Below are positions 10,202-19,027 of a stretch of DNA of 64,000 nt, piece after piece. The notes under the pieces are model-generated. The model was given only the letters and a program-made list of their open reading frames with translations, was not told the DNA's origin and made no database searches. Within the stretch, counting starts at the first letter, position 1. Each line of letters opens with the position of its first letter. The DNA is taken from NCBI GenBank assembly GCA_033853925.1, contig JAWOLC010000001.1, positions 4,658-68,657 on the forward strand, written 5' to 3'. The position numbers and the translations under genes are program-made. The stretch is from Candidatus Eiseniibacteriota bacterium (GTDB taxonomy: Bacteria; Eisenbacteria; RBG-16-71-46).

Positions 10202-11581
10202 ATGGTATGCTCCCTGCAACCTCGGCAGCGGACCCCGATGGAGCCGGCCGTGACCATGCCCGCGATCTCGCCTCGTGAAACCCCGCCCAAGCGCATCGTG
10301 CTCGTCGACTTCGACTGGCGCGACGCCGACTTCCTGCCCGAGCTGCTGGCGCGGCCCGGGCTCTCGGTTCGACTCGTGGCGGGCGAGAAGCGCGAGGATC
10401 CGGGCCTCCGTCTGGCCGAGCTGTGCGATCTGCCCCGCACGACCGACCTCGCCGACCTGACGCGCGAGATCTTCGACGTGGCCGTGGTGAGCGAGCGCAG
10501 CCCCCGCCGCACCCAGATCGAGGGCTTGCTCCTGGCGCTCGGCACGCCCTGCGTCTCGCCCGAGAGCTTCCTGCGCGGCCCCGATCTCACGCACGCGAGC
10601 ACTCCCGCCGTCGAAGCGCCGCTCGCCCTGCACGCCGCCGCCCTGGAGAGCGCGCTGGGCGGCGCCGATTTCGACGCCCTGGTCGAGCACGCCCTGCCGG
10701 ACCTCGGCGAGGACGCCCCGACCGCGCCTCCGCCGGTGACGCCCGTGGGGCACACGGACGTGCGGTTGTCGAGCCTCGACGAGTTCCCGTCCCTCGAGGA
10801 CCGCCTGGGGCTCGAACGCGCGCTGGCCTCGCTGGTGAACGGCACCGGCGCGCTGGGCGCCGAATTGCGCGCCGGCCGGGCGGGCGACGTCGAGCTGCTG
10901 GCCCGCGTGGGCGGCGAGGACCCGCTGCTCGAGGGGCTGATCCGGCTCGCGCTCGAGCTGAACACGGTGCAGGTGGTGAGCCGCCTGACCGGCCCCGAGG
11001 AGGGAAAGGCCTGGGGCGCGTGGCCGTTCCGCACCACGCGCAGCCGCGGCGTGCTGGCGGCCGCCGCCATCGACCCCGCCTCGGGCTGGACGACCTGGCA
11101 GCACACGGTCGAGGGGCTGCGCACGGCCTGGGATCGGCACGATCGCGAGCGGGCGGCTCCGGCGTTTCCCCTCGTTCCCGAGGAAGGGCACGGGTGGCTC
11201 GACGCGCCGGCCTTCCGCTCGGCCATCTCGCTCGCCGTGGAGCGCAACGGGCGCGACGGGCTCGCCTTCGCCGTCCATCGCTTCGACCTGGCCGACCGCC
11301 CGGCAGCGCTGGAGGCGCTGTGCACCCGCCTGCCGGCGCAGCTCCGTGACACCGACCGCCTCTGCCGCCCGGCAGCGCGCATCGTGCTCCTGCTCACCAC
11401 CTGCACGCTCGACGCCTTCGAGCCGGTGCGGCGCCGGATCACGGCGCTGTGGGAGAGCGTGTGGCAGGAGAGCGGCGGCGCGGCGCCCGCCCCCGCCTTC
11501 GTCGAGAGCCGGACCGCCATCACCGCCCCCGCCGAGGCCGAGCGCTTCGTCGCCACGGCCTCGAGTTGGCTGCCGCTGTAG
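10202..11581 (+). CDS. Hypothetical protein. The start is uncertain (ATG 10202 or 10238). The C-terminal half resembles a degenerate GGDEF-like fold, but only weakly.
   Basis: Long ORF with normal high-GC codon usage and no recognisable catalytic motifs. N-terminal segment KRIVLVDFDWRDADFLPELLARPGLSVRLV. Confidence 0.4.
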   Translation: MVCSLQPRQRTPMEPAVTMPAISPRETPPKRIVLVDFDWRDADFLPELLARPGLSVRLVAGEKREDPGLRLAELCDLPRTTDLADLTREIFDVAVVSERSPRRTQIEGLLLALGTPCVSPESFLRGPDLTHASTPAVEAPLALHAAALESALGGADFDALVEHALPDLGEDAPTAPPPVTPVGHTDVRLSSLDEFPSLEDRLGLERALASLVNGTGALGAELRAGRAGDVELLARVGGEDPLLEGLIRLALELNTVQVVSRLTGPEEGKAWGAWPFRTTRSRGVLAAAAIDPASGWTTWQHTVEGLRTAWDRHDRERAAPAFPLVPEEGHGWLDAPAFRSAISLAVERNGRDGLAFAVHRFDLADRPAALEALCTRLPAQLRDTDRLCRPAARIVLLLTTCTLDAFEPVRRRITALWESVWQESGGAAPAPAFVESRTAITAPAEAERFVATASSWLPL

Positions 11582-11634
11582 CCCGCGCCGGCAGGCGCGG
11601 CCCGCGCCCCACGCCGCTTATCCACATCCCTTCC

Positions 11635-11662
11635 TTGACCGGGCTTCGCGCGCTCGGGTAAT
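11635..11662 (+). promoter_or_regulatory. Putative sigma-70-type promoter for the mutL-miaA operon (TTGACC, 16 nt, GGTAAT)
   Basis: -35-like TTGACC at 11635-11640 and -10-like GGTAAT at 11657-11662, about 100 bp upstream of the mutL ATG. Pattern match only. Confidence 0.3.
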
Positions 11663-11760
11663 GCTTCGCGACCAGGCGCCGTTCGAGCATTCCCCGGGGC
11701 CGCGCGCGCCGCCGCGGGCCGGGCGGGGAGCCGCGGCCGGCGCCGGGTCCGGAGATCCCC

Positions 11761-13503
11761 ATGGCTCGTCCCATCCGGCGGCTGCCGCCGGAGACCGCCT
11801 CGCGCATCGCCGCCGGCGAAGTGATCGAGCGCCCCTCGTCTGCGCTCAAGGAGCTGCTCGAGAACGCCCTCGACGCCGGCGCGCGGGCGATCGAGGTGCG
11901 GATCGAGCGGGCTCTCGACCATCGCTTCTCGGTGGCCGACGATGGCGAGGGCATCCCGGCCGACCAGCTCGCGCTGGCCCTCGAGCGGCACGCGACGAGC
12001 AAGCTCGGCACCCTGGAGGATCTGGACCGGCTGGCCTCGCTCGGGTTCCGCGGCGAGGCGCTGCCCAGCATCGCCGCCGTGAGCCGGCTCAAGCTGACGA
12101 GCCGCCCGGCCTCCGGGGGGAGTGCGGCCTTCCTGGCCCTGGAGGGCGGGGTCGTGAAGGAGCAGGGAGCCATTGCCCGGGCGCCGGGCACGACGGTCGA
12201 AGTCGCCGACCTGTTCTTCAACACTCCGGCTCGCCGCAAGTTCCTGGCCTCGCCGGCCGGCGAGTTGCGCGCCGCCTTGCGTCTGCTCGAGGCCTACGCC
12301 CTGGCCTTCCCCGAGGTGGGCTTCCGCCTGGTCGTGGACGGCAAGGACCGCGTGCAGTGGCCGGGGGTCGCGGGGAGTTCCCTCGCGGCCCGGCGCGATC
12401 GGGCCGCGGCCCTGTGGGGCGCGCGCCACGCCACCCAGCTTCTCGAGGTCGAAGCGGAGCGCGAAGGGGCGCGGATCGAGGCCCTGCTGGGCCTGCCCGA
12501 GCACGCGCGCGCGACGCGGGAGGGCCAGGTCTTCCTCGTGAATCGGCGCTGGATCCAGAGCCCGCTTCTCGGCGCCGCGCTGCGCCAGGCCTACGGCAAC
12601 CTGCTCCCCGCGGGCCGCTTCCCCGCGGCCGCCGTGTGGCTCGAGGTGCCGGCGGCGCGGCTGGACGTGAACGTCCACCCGACGAAGCGCGAGGTGCGCT
12701 TCGCGGACGAGGAGCGGGTCTTCGCGCTCGTGGTCTCGGCCTGCTCCCGGCCCCTCGCACAGATCGCCCCGCCGTTCACGGTCGTGCGCGGCGGCGGCTC
12801 CGCGCCCGCCGCGGGGTTCCCCGCGTGGAGCGAGCGGGTACGCGAGGGACCGCCCGAACAGACCTATCTCGGCCTGGAGCTGCCGGCGATCCCGGCGGGC
12901 CCGCCACGGGCCGCGACGCCCCCGCCCGCCGCCGAGCCCGACCTCTGGCAGCTCCACAACACCTACATCCTCGCCCCCGTGCGCGGAGGCCTGGTGATCG
13001 TGGACCAGCACGCGGCGCACGAGCGCATCCTCTACGAGGAAGCGCTGGCGCGCCTCGAGGGCGAGCGCGGCGCCGCACAGCAGCTCCTCTTTCCCACGCT
13101 CGTGGACCTCTCGAACGACCAGTTCGAGCTGCTGCTGGAGCTGGGGCCGCACCTGCGGCAGCTGGGCTGGGATCTCTCCCTGCTCGGCCCGCCCACGGTG
13201 GTCATCCAAGGCGTGCCCTCCGGCCTGAGGCACGAGCGGCCGGGCCAGCTCCTGCAGGACGTCTTGGACGGCATGAGCGAGAGCACGGGCCGCGCTCCGG
13301 ACGAGGACATCGCCCATCGCCTCGCGGCCTCGTGGGCCTGCCACGCCGCCACGCGAGCCGGCGACCCGCTCGACCAGGAGGAGATGCGCTCGCTCGTGGA
13401 TCGGCTCTTCGCCACCTCGCGCCCGCACGGCGACCCGCACGGCCGGGTCACCTTCGTGCGGCTGGACCTGGAAGAGCTGCACCGCCGTTTCGGCCGGGCC
13501 TGA
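11761..13503 (+). CDS. mutL: DNA mismatch repair protein MutL
   Basis: The N-terminus MARPIRRLPPETASRIAAGEVIERPSSALKELLENALDAGARAIEV is the GHKL ATPase signature of MutL. Length 580 aa. Confidence 0.9.
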   Translation: MARPIRRLPPETASRIAAGEVIERPSSALKELLENALDAGARAIEVRIERALDHRFSVADDGEGIPADQLALALERHATSKLGTLEDLDRLASLGFRGEALPSIAAVSRLKLTSRPASGGSAAFLALEGGVVKEQGAIARAPGTTVEVADLFFNTPARRKFLASPAGELRAALRLLEAYALAFPEVGFRLVVDGKDRVQWPGVAGSSLAARRDRAAALWGARHATQLLEVEAEREGARIEALLGLPEHARATREGQVFLVNRRWIQSPLLGAALRQAYGNLLPAGRFPAAAVWLEVPAARLDVNVHPTKREVRFADEERVFALVVSACSRPLAQIAPPFTVVRGGGSAPAAGFPAWSERVREGPPEQTYLGLELPAIPAGPPRAATPPPAAEPDLWQLHNTYILAPVRGGLVIVDQHAAHERILYEEALARLEGERGAAQQLLFPTLVDLSNDQFELLLELGPHLRQLGWDLSLLGPPTVVIQGVPSGLRHERPGQLLQDVLDGMSESTGRAPDEDIAHRLAASWACHAATRAGDPLDQEEMRSLVDRLFATSRPHGDPHGRVTFVRLDLEELHRRFGRA

Positions 13504-13550
13504 GCGATGGCGGGACGGCGGAGCCGCGACCGGAGCCTCGCAGCCCTCCC

Positions 13551-14486
13551 ATGCGGGGCGGGACGAGCGTGAGCCCTCTCGTCGTCGCCATCGTCGGGGC
13601 GACCGCCACGGGAAAGACCGACCTCGCCGAGACCGTGGCCGAAGCCCTCGACGGCGAGGTCGTCTGCGCCGACTCGCGCCAGGTCTTTCGCGAGCTGGAG
13701 ATCGGCACGGGCAAGCCCGCGCCTGCGACTCGGGCCGCCCGGCCGCACCATCTCTTCGAGGCCCTCGCGCTGGGGCAGCGCGCCAGCGCGGGGTGGTACG
13801 GGAGCGCGGCGGGCGCGGCCTGCGCCGCGGTCGCGGAGCGCAGGCGCACGCCCGTGCTGGTCGGGGGGTCGGGGCTCTGGCTGCGCGCGGCCCAGCGCGG
13901 GCTCTCGGGGGAGCCCCCGCACGATCCCGCGGTGCGCGAGCGACTGCGCCAGGCCCTCGCGCGCGAGGGAATCGCGGCGCTGCACGCCCGGCTGGCCCGC
14001 GTGGACCCCGCGACCGCGGCGCGCCTCGACCCCCGCGACCGCCAGCGGGTGACCCGCGCCCTCGAGGTCTACGAGGCGAGCGGCCGGCCGCTCTCGTGGT
14101 GGCACGCGCGGGCGGGTGCGCCCGTGGTGGCGGGGGAGTGGCGGCTGTTCGAGCTGACGCTGGCGACGGGAGCGCTGGACGAGCGCATCGCTCGGCGAAC
14201 GCGCGGCATGTTCGAGGCGGGGCTGGTCGAGGAGACCCGTGCCCTGGTCGCCGCCGGCAAGGAGCCGCCGCTGCGGGCTCTGCGCGCGGTCGGCTACGAC
14301 GAGGCGCTGGACCTGCTGGCGGGCCGCCTGACGCGGGCCGAGGCCGAGGCCCGCACCAATCTGCGCACGAGGCAGCTCGCGAAGCGCCAGCGCACCTGGT
14401 TCCGCCATCAGGTCGAGGCCGTGCGTCTCGACGCGGCGGCCGGGGACGACGCCGCGCGGCGCGACGCGGTGCTGGCCGGGCTGTAG
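13551..14486 (+). CDS. miaA: tRNA dimethylallyltransferase MiaA
   Basis: ATG at 13551. P-loop VVAIVGATATGKTDLAETVAEAL, then EVVCADSRQVFRELEIGTGKP. Conserved mutL-miaA adjacency. This is the internal part of track ORF 11346..14486. Confidence 0.85.
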   Translation: MRGGTSVSPLVVAIVGATATGKTDLAETVAEALDGEVVCADSRQVFRELEIGTGKPAPATRAARPHHLFEALALGQRASAGWYGSAAGAACAAVAERRRTPVLVGGSGLWLRAAQRGLSGEPPHDPAVRERLRQALAREGIAALHARLARVDPATAARLDPRDRQRVTRALEVYEASGRPLSWWHARAGAPVVAGEWRLFELTLATGALDERIARRTRGMFEAGLVEETRALVAAGKEPPLRALRAVGYDEALDLLAGRLTRAEAEARTNLRTRQLAKRQRTWFRHQVEAVRLDAAAGDDAARRDAVLAGL

Positions 14487-14540
14487 ACCGCAGGCCCGGC
14501 GGACCGCGCTGGCCCCTTCGCCGCGCCGCCCCGCTCGGGT

Positions 14541-16046
14541 ATGCTCCCCGTCATGCGAGACGCGATCGTCGCCCTCTTCACCCGCACCTTCGGGCGCCGC
14601 CCGGAGGGGATCGAGCGGCTGGCCGCCGACGGCTCCCAGCGCCTCTACTACCGGCTGACCGGCGCTCCGCCGGCCTCCGTGATCGGCGCCTTCGGCCCCG
14701 ACGCGGACGAGAACCGCGCCTTCCTGTCGTTCTCCCGCACGTTCCGCGGCCTCGGCCTGCCGGTCCCGGAGATCTACGCCGCCGACGACAACCTCGGGAT
14801 CTGGCTGGCCGAGGACCTGGGCGACACGACGCTCTTCCAGGCGGTGTCCAGCGCGCGCGAGGAGGACCGCTGGCCCGGGAGCCTGGTGGAGGCGTACGGG
14901 CGCGTGCTCGACCTCCTGCCGCGCTTCCAGGTCGAGGGCGGCCGCGCCATCGACTTCGGCGCCGCCTATCCGCGCGCGGCCTTCGACCGGCAGTCCATGC
15001 TGTGGGATCTGAACTACTTCAAGTACCACTTCCTCAAGCTGGCCCACGTTCCCTTCAGCGAGCAGCTCCTCGAGAACGACTTCCATCGGCTCATCGAGCA
15101 TCTCCTCACCGCGGAGGCGGGCTACTTTCTCTATCGCGACTTCCAATCGCGCAACGTCCTGCTGCGCGGCGGCGCGCCGTGGTTCATCGACTACCAGGGT
15201 GGCCGCCGGGGCGCGGCCCAGTACGACGTGGCCTCGCTGCTCTACGACGCCAAGGCGAACGTCCCCGAAGGCGTGCGCGCGCAGCTCCTCGCCCGCTACG
15301 TGAGCACGTTCTCGCGGCTCGCGGACGTGGACCCCGGGCGCTTCCTCGAGACCTACCGGGGCTTCGTGCTCATCCGCATCATGCAGGCCATGGGCGCGTA
15401 CGGCTACCGTGGGTTCTTCGAGCGCAAGCCTCGCTTCCTGGAGAGCGTCCCCTACGCCGCGCGCAACGTGGCCGGACTCCTCCGCGCGGGCTTGCCGGTG
15501 GAGCTGCCCGAGCTGGAGTGCGTTTTCCGGCGCATCGTCGAGACCTGGGCCGATCGTCCCGGCCCGCTCGCGTCCCCGGGCCTCACCGTCCACGTCACGA
15601 GCTTCAGCTACCGGGACGGCCCGCCACTGGACGAGATGGGGCACGGCGGGGGTTTCGTCTTCGATTGCCGCTCGCTGCCCAATCCCGGTCGGTTCGCCCA
15701 GTACTCCGGCGTGAGCGGCGAGGACGCCTCGGTCGCCCGCTACCTCGAGGCCGTGCCGGAGACCGAGGCGTTCTGGAGCCACGTCGTCTCGCTCGTCGAG
15801 GCGCACATCGCCAGCTTCCGGCAGCGGGGCTTCTCCGACCTCAGCGTCGCCTTCGGCTGCACGGGCGGCCAGCATCGCTCCGTCTACTTCGCCGCGCGCC
15901 TGGCCCGCCATCTGCGCGAGCGCCACGGCGACCTGGCCGTGCGCCTCTGCCACGCGGCGGAGGCCTGCTGGACCGTCGCGGCGGCCGAGCCGAGCGCGCC
16001 GCCTCCCGCGGAGCCCGTCTCCGGAGATCCCTGGTGGAGGGGATGA
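14541..16046 (+). CDS. Fusion protein: an N-terminal AmgK-like anomeric MurNAc/GlcNAc kinase domain (aminoglycoside-phosphotransferase fold) joined to a C-terminal RapZ C-terminal domain
   Basis: The N-terminal half has an APH-family Brenner motif YRDFQSRNVLL and a DYQ metal-binding motif. The C-terminal roughly 150 aa (VHVTSFSYRDGPPLD...GGGFVFDCRSLPNPGR...VAFGCTGGQHRSVYFAARLARHL) aligns with the RapZ C-terminal domain of E. coli (FDVRFLPNPHW...AIGCTGGKHRSVY). The stop overlaps the start of the downstream MurU-like gene. Confidence 0.6.
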   Translation: MLPVMRDAIVALFTRTFGRRPEGIERLAADGSQRLYYRLTGAPPASVIGAFGPDADENRAFLSFSRTFRGLGLPVPEIYAADDNLGIWLAEDLGDTTLFQAVSSAREEDRWPGSLVEAYGRVLDLLPRFQVEGGRAIDFGAAYPRAAFDRQSMLWDLNYFKYHFLKLAHVPFSEQLLENDFHRLIEHLLTAEAGYFLYRDFQSRNVLLRGGAPWFIDYQGGRRGAAQYDVASLLYDAKANVPEGVRAQLLARYVSTFSRLADVDPGRFLETYRGFVLIRIMQAMGAYGYRGFFERKPRFLESVPYAARNVAGLLRAGLPVELPELECVFRRIVETWADRPGPLASPGLTVHVTSFSYRDGPPLDEMGHGGGFVFDCRSLPNPGRFAQYSGVSGEDASVARYLEAVPETEAFWSHVVSLVEAHIASFRQRGFSDLSVAFGCTGGQHRSVYFAARLARHLRERHGDLAVRLCHAAEACWTVAAAEPSAPPPAEPVSGDPWWRG

Positions 16047-16762
16047 TCTTCGCCGCGGGCCTGGGATCCCGGCTCGGAGACCTCGGGCGGACGACCCCCA
16101 AGGCGCTCATCGAGATCGGCGGCCGCAACATGCTCGAGCGCGTGGCAGAGCAATTGGTCGCGGCGGGCGCGCGGCGCATCGTGGTGAACGTGCATCACCA
16201 GGCCGGGCGGATCGAGGAGTTCCTCGCCGGGCGCGATCTCGGCGTCGAGGTCCTGGTGAGCCGCGAGGAGGAGCGTCCGCTCGAGACCGGCGGCGGCCTG
16301 CTGCACGCGCGCGCCCTCTTCCGCGGCGACGACCTCATTCTCCTGCACAACGTCGACGTCCTCAGCGAGGCCCCGCTCGCCCCGCTCGTCGCCGAGCATC
16401 GGCGGAACGGGGCGCTCGCCACGCTGGCGGTCAACGAGCGGGAGACCGCGCGCTACCTGCTCTTCGACGACCTCGGCCTGCTCGGCCGGGAGGATCGGCG
16501 CCACGGGCTCCGGCGCGAGGTGCGCTCGCCCCGCGGCCCGGTGCGGACGCTCGCGTTCGCCGGAATCCACGCCTGCTCCCCGGAGCTGCTCGACCTCGTC
16601 ACGGAGCGTGGAGTCTTCCCGATCGTGGACGTCTACCTGCGCCTCGCCGCCGCCGGGCGCGTGATCGCTCCCTGGCCGCTCTCGCGCGACCTGTGGATCG
16701 AGATCGGGACGCCGGAGCGCCTCGAGGCGGCACGCGCGCGCCTCGAGAGGATCGCTCCCTGA
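16043..16762 (+). CDS. Sugar-1-phosphate nucleotidyltransferase, MurU-like (N-acetylmuramate alpha-1-phosphate uridylyltransferase candidate)
   Basis: ATG at 16043 overlaps the upstream stop (ATGA). MIFAAGLGSRLGDLGRTTPKALIEIGGRNMLE is the G-rich NTP-transferase signature. It is paired with the AmgK-like kinase as in the AmgK-MurU recycling bypass. Confidence 0.65.
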   Translation: MIFAAGLGSRLGDLGRTTPKALIEIGGRNMLERVAEQLVAAGARRIVVNVHHQAGRIEEFLAGRDLGVEVLVSREEERPLETGGGLLHARALFRGDDLILLHNVDVLSEAPLAPLVAEHRRNGALATLAVNERETARYLLFDDLGLLGREDRRHGLRREVRSPRGPVRTLAFAGIHACSPELLDLVTERGVFPIVDVYLRLAAAGRVIAPWPLSRDLWIEIGTPERLEAARARLERIAP

Positions 16763-16890
16763 AGGTGCGCCCGGCGCGCGACGGGGGGGCCGCCGGCGGC
16801 CGCGCACGCGGCTCCCGATCGCGCACCCCTGTTGACACCACCGCCTTCCCGCAATAGCTTCGTGCGCGGCTCGAAGCGGACCTCGTCCGA

Positions 16891-16966
16891 GCGGGCATAG
16901 CTCAGTTGGTAGAGCGCGAGCTTCCCAAGCTTGAGGTCGCGGGTTCGAACCCCGTTGCCCGCTCCA
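16891..16966 (+). tRNA. tRNA-Gly (anticodon CCC)
   Basis: Cloverleaf folded by hand. Acceptor GCGGGCA/TGCCCGC, D arm GCTCAGTTGGTAGAGC, anticodon loop TTCCCAA, T arm GGTTCGAAC, encoded CCA end. Confidence 0.85.
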
Positions 16967-17091
16967 TCTTCTCTTGGGCTCGCGGCGCGCCGGCAGCGAT
17001 GTTCGTCCCCGCCGGCGCGCCGAGCCGTCTGGAGGAAACTGACCTCTTCGATGGCCGCCTTCCTCCCCAGCCTCCGTTGCGGCATCCGCAC

Positions 17092-18386
17092 ATGCCTTCG
17101 CCGGTAGTCGCGATCATCGGCCGGCCGAACGTGGGCAAGTCCACGTTCTTCAACCGCGTGCTCGGCGAGCGCCGGGCCGTGGTCCACGACCGGCCGGGCA
17201 TCACCCGCGACCGCAACACGGCGCGGGCGGAGTGGGCGGGGCGGTCGTTCCTGCTCGTGGACACGGGTGGCTTCCTGCCGGGCGCCGCCGAAGGGCGCGA
17301 CGCGCACGTCCGCCGCCAGGCCGAGATCGCCATCGCTCTCGCGCAGGTCGTGCTCTTCCTGGCGTCACGGACCTGGACCAGGCCATCGCCCGCGACCTGC
17401 GCAAGCGGCGGGCGAGGAGCCTGCTCGTGGTGAACAAGGCGGACAAGCCCGGCGACCTCGCCGCCCACGACTTCCACCGGCTGGGGCTGGGCGAGCCGCT
17501 GCCGGTCTCGGCGGAGAGCGGCCTGGGCATCGGCGATCTGCTCGACCGGACCATCGCGCTCCTGCCCGCGCCGACCGGGGAGGAGGAGCGAGCCGGCAAG
17601 CGGGTGGCCATCGTGGGCCGGCCGAACGTGGGCAAGTCGTCGATCGTCAACGTGTTGCTGCGCGAGGAGCGGGTGATCGTGGAGCCGAAGCCGGGCACGA
17701 CGATGGACGCCATCGACACGGAGTGGAAGACGCCGGCGGGGACGTTCACCCTCGTGGACACGGCGGGCATCCGCCGGCAGTCGCGGTTCGAGGACGAGGC
17801 CGAGTTCTACGCCGTGGTGCGGGCGCTGAATGCGCTCCAGCGCGCCGACATCGCCTGCCTGGTCGTGGACGCGACCCAGGGCTTCCTCAGGCAAGAGGCG
17901 CGCCTGGCGCACGACGCCCTCGAGGCGGGCTGCTCGTCGCTGCTCGTCTACAACAAGTGGGATCTGATCGAGGATCGCGAGGAGGCCTGGAAGCGGCTGT
18001 CCCGCGAGCGGGAGGAGCGCTATCCGACGCTCGCCGATCTGCCGGCGACGCCGGTTTCCGCCACGGCGAAGATCAATCTCGGGCGGCTGCCCAAGCTCAT
18101 CCTCCAGCGGGCCGAGGAGCACGCCCGCAAGATCCCCACCCGCGCGCTGAACGCCTGGCTGCAAGACGTGCAGAAGACCCGCGCCGTGCCGGCCACGCGC
18201 GGGGGCCTCTCGGTGAAGCTCTACTACATAGCCCAGACGGGCACGGGGCCACCCGAGTTCACGCTCTTCGTGAACCATCCGCAGCGGCTCTCCGACAACT
18301 ACCGGCGCTTCCTCTGGAGCCGCCTGGCCGAGGAGTTCGACTTCCACGGCACGCCGGTGCGCCTGCGCGTGCGGAAGAGCGAGTGA
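17092..18386 (+). pseudogene. der: GTPase Der (EngA), interrupted by a frameshift near 17362 (possible sequencing/assembly error or a genuine lesion)
   Basis: GD1 ([23 protein letters not shown]...DTGG) is in frame 1 from ATG 17092. From about 17362 the protein continues in frame 3 ([15 protein letters not shown]...[10 protein letters not shown]...GD2 [13 protein letters not shown]...KH-domain) to the TGA at 18386. Between VVLFL and GVTDLD about 5-6 expected codons are missing, consistent with a 13- or 16-nt deletion. Confidence 0.7.
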
Positions 18387-18388
18387 TC

Positions 18389-19027
18389 ATGCTCGTCGCC
18401 CTGGTCGGCTGTCTCGCCATCGCCTACTTGAGCGGCTCGCTGCCCTTCGGCCTGTGGGTCGGCCGGCTGGCGCGCGGCGTGGACATCCGCACGCTGGGCT
18501 CGGGCAACCTCGGCGCGACCAACGTCTACCGCTCCCTCGGCCCCGCGCTCGGCGTGCTCACGCTTCTCCTCGACATCGCCAAGGGGGCCCTGCCCGTGTG
18601 GCTCCTGCCGCAGGCCCCCTGGGCCGCGGCCTTCCCCGGCGGGCCGGAGTGGTGCCGTCTGGCGGTGGGCCTCGCCGCGGTGGCGGGACACGTCTGGACC
18701 TTCTTCGCCGGCTTCAAGGGAGGCAAGGGAGTCGCCACCACGGTGGGCGTCCTGCTCGCCCTCGCGCCGGCGGCCTTCGGCGTCTTCGTGCTCGTCTTCC
18801 TCCTGGTGGTGGCGACGACGCGCTACATCTCGCTGGGCTCGACCCTGGGTGCCGCGGCCTTCGCCGTCGCCCTGGCCTTTCTCGCGCCGCGTGGCGTGCG
18901 CAGCCCCACGTTCCTCCTGGGGGTGGCGCTGGCGCTGCTGGTGATCGCGCGGCACGGCGACAACTTCCGCCGCCTCGTCCGGGGCGAGGAGCGGCGCTTC
19001 TCGTGGCGTGGAGGGAGATCCTCGTGA
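18389..19027 (+). CDS. plsY: Glycerol-3-phosphate acyltransferase PlsY
   Basis: MLVALVGCLAIAYLSGSLPFGLWVGRL...GSGNLGATNVYR...FKGGKGVAT is the PlsY signature. ATG at 18389 is 2 nt after the der stop. Confidence 0.85.
   Translation: MLVALVGCLAIAYLSGSLPFGLWVGRLARGVDIRTLGSGNLGATNVYRSLGPALGVLTLLLDIAKGALPVWLLPQAPWAAAFPGGPEWCRLAVGLAAVAGHVWTFFAGFKGGKGVATTVGVLLALAPAAFGVFVLVFLLVVATTRYISLGSTLGAAAFAVALAFLAPRGVRSPTFLLGVALALLVIARHGDNFRRLVRGEERRFSWRGGRSS

Noticed and set aside
7040-11278. A 1412-aa ORF on the minus strand; similar giant ORFs at 9970..13482 (-), 34168..38610 (-), 57553..61482 (-), 50487..52868 (-) and 38895..41879 (-)
   Set aside because: These are antisense to well-supported genes (ppiD-like, mutL/miaA, TPR/rhodanese/sigma-54 activator, the repeat adhesin, the Ser/Thr kinase). 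They are Arg/Ala/Gly/Pro-rich with no motifs, which is the expected stop-codon-poor artefact of roughly 70% GC DNA. Only the YciI-like gene at the 3' end of 34168..38610 is real.
16906-17433. A track ORF beginning at 16906 that overlaps tRNA-Gly and would extend der by 62 aa
   Set aside because: It begins inside the tRNA gene. The Der P-loop (GRPNVGKST) is only 12 aa downstream of the ATG at 17092, so the conserved Der N-terminus supports the later start. The upstream extension is spurious.
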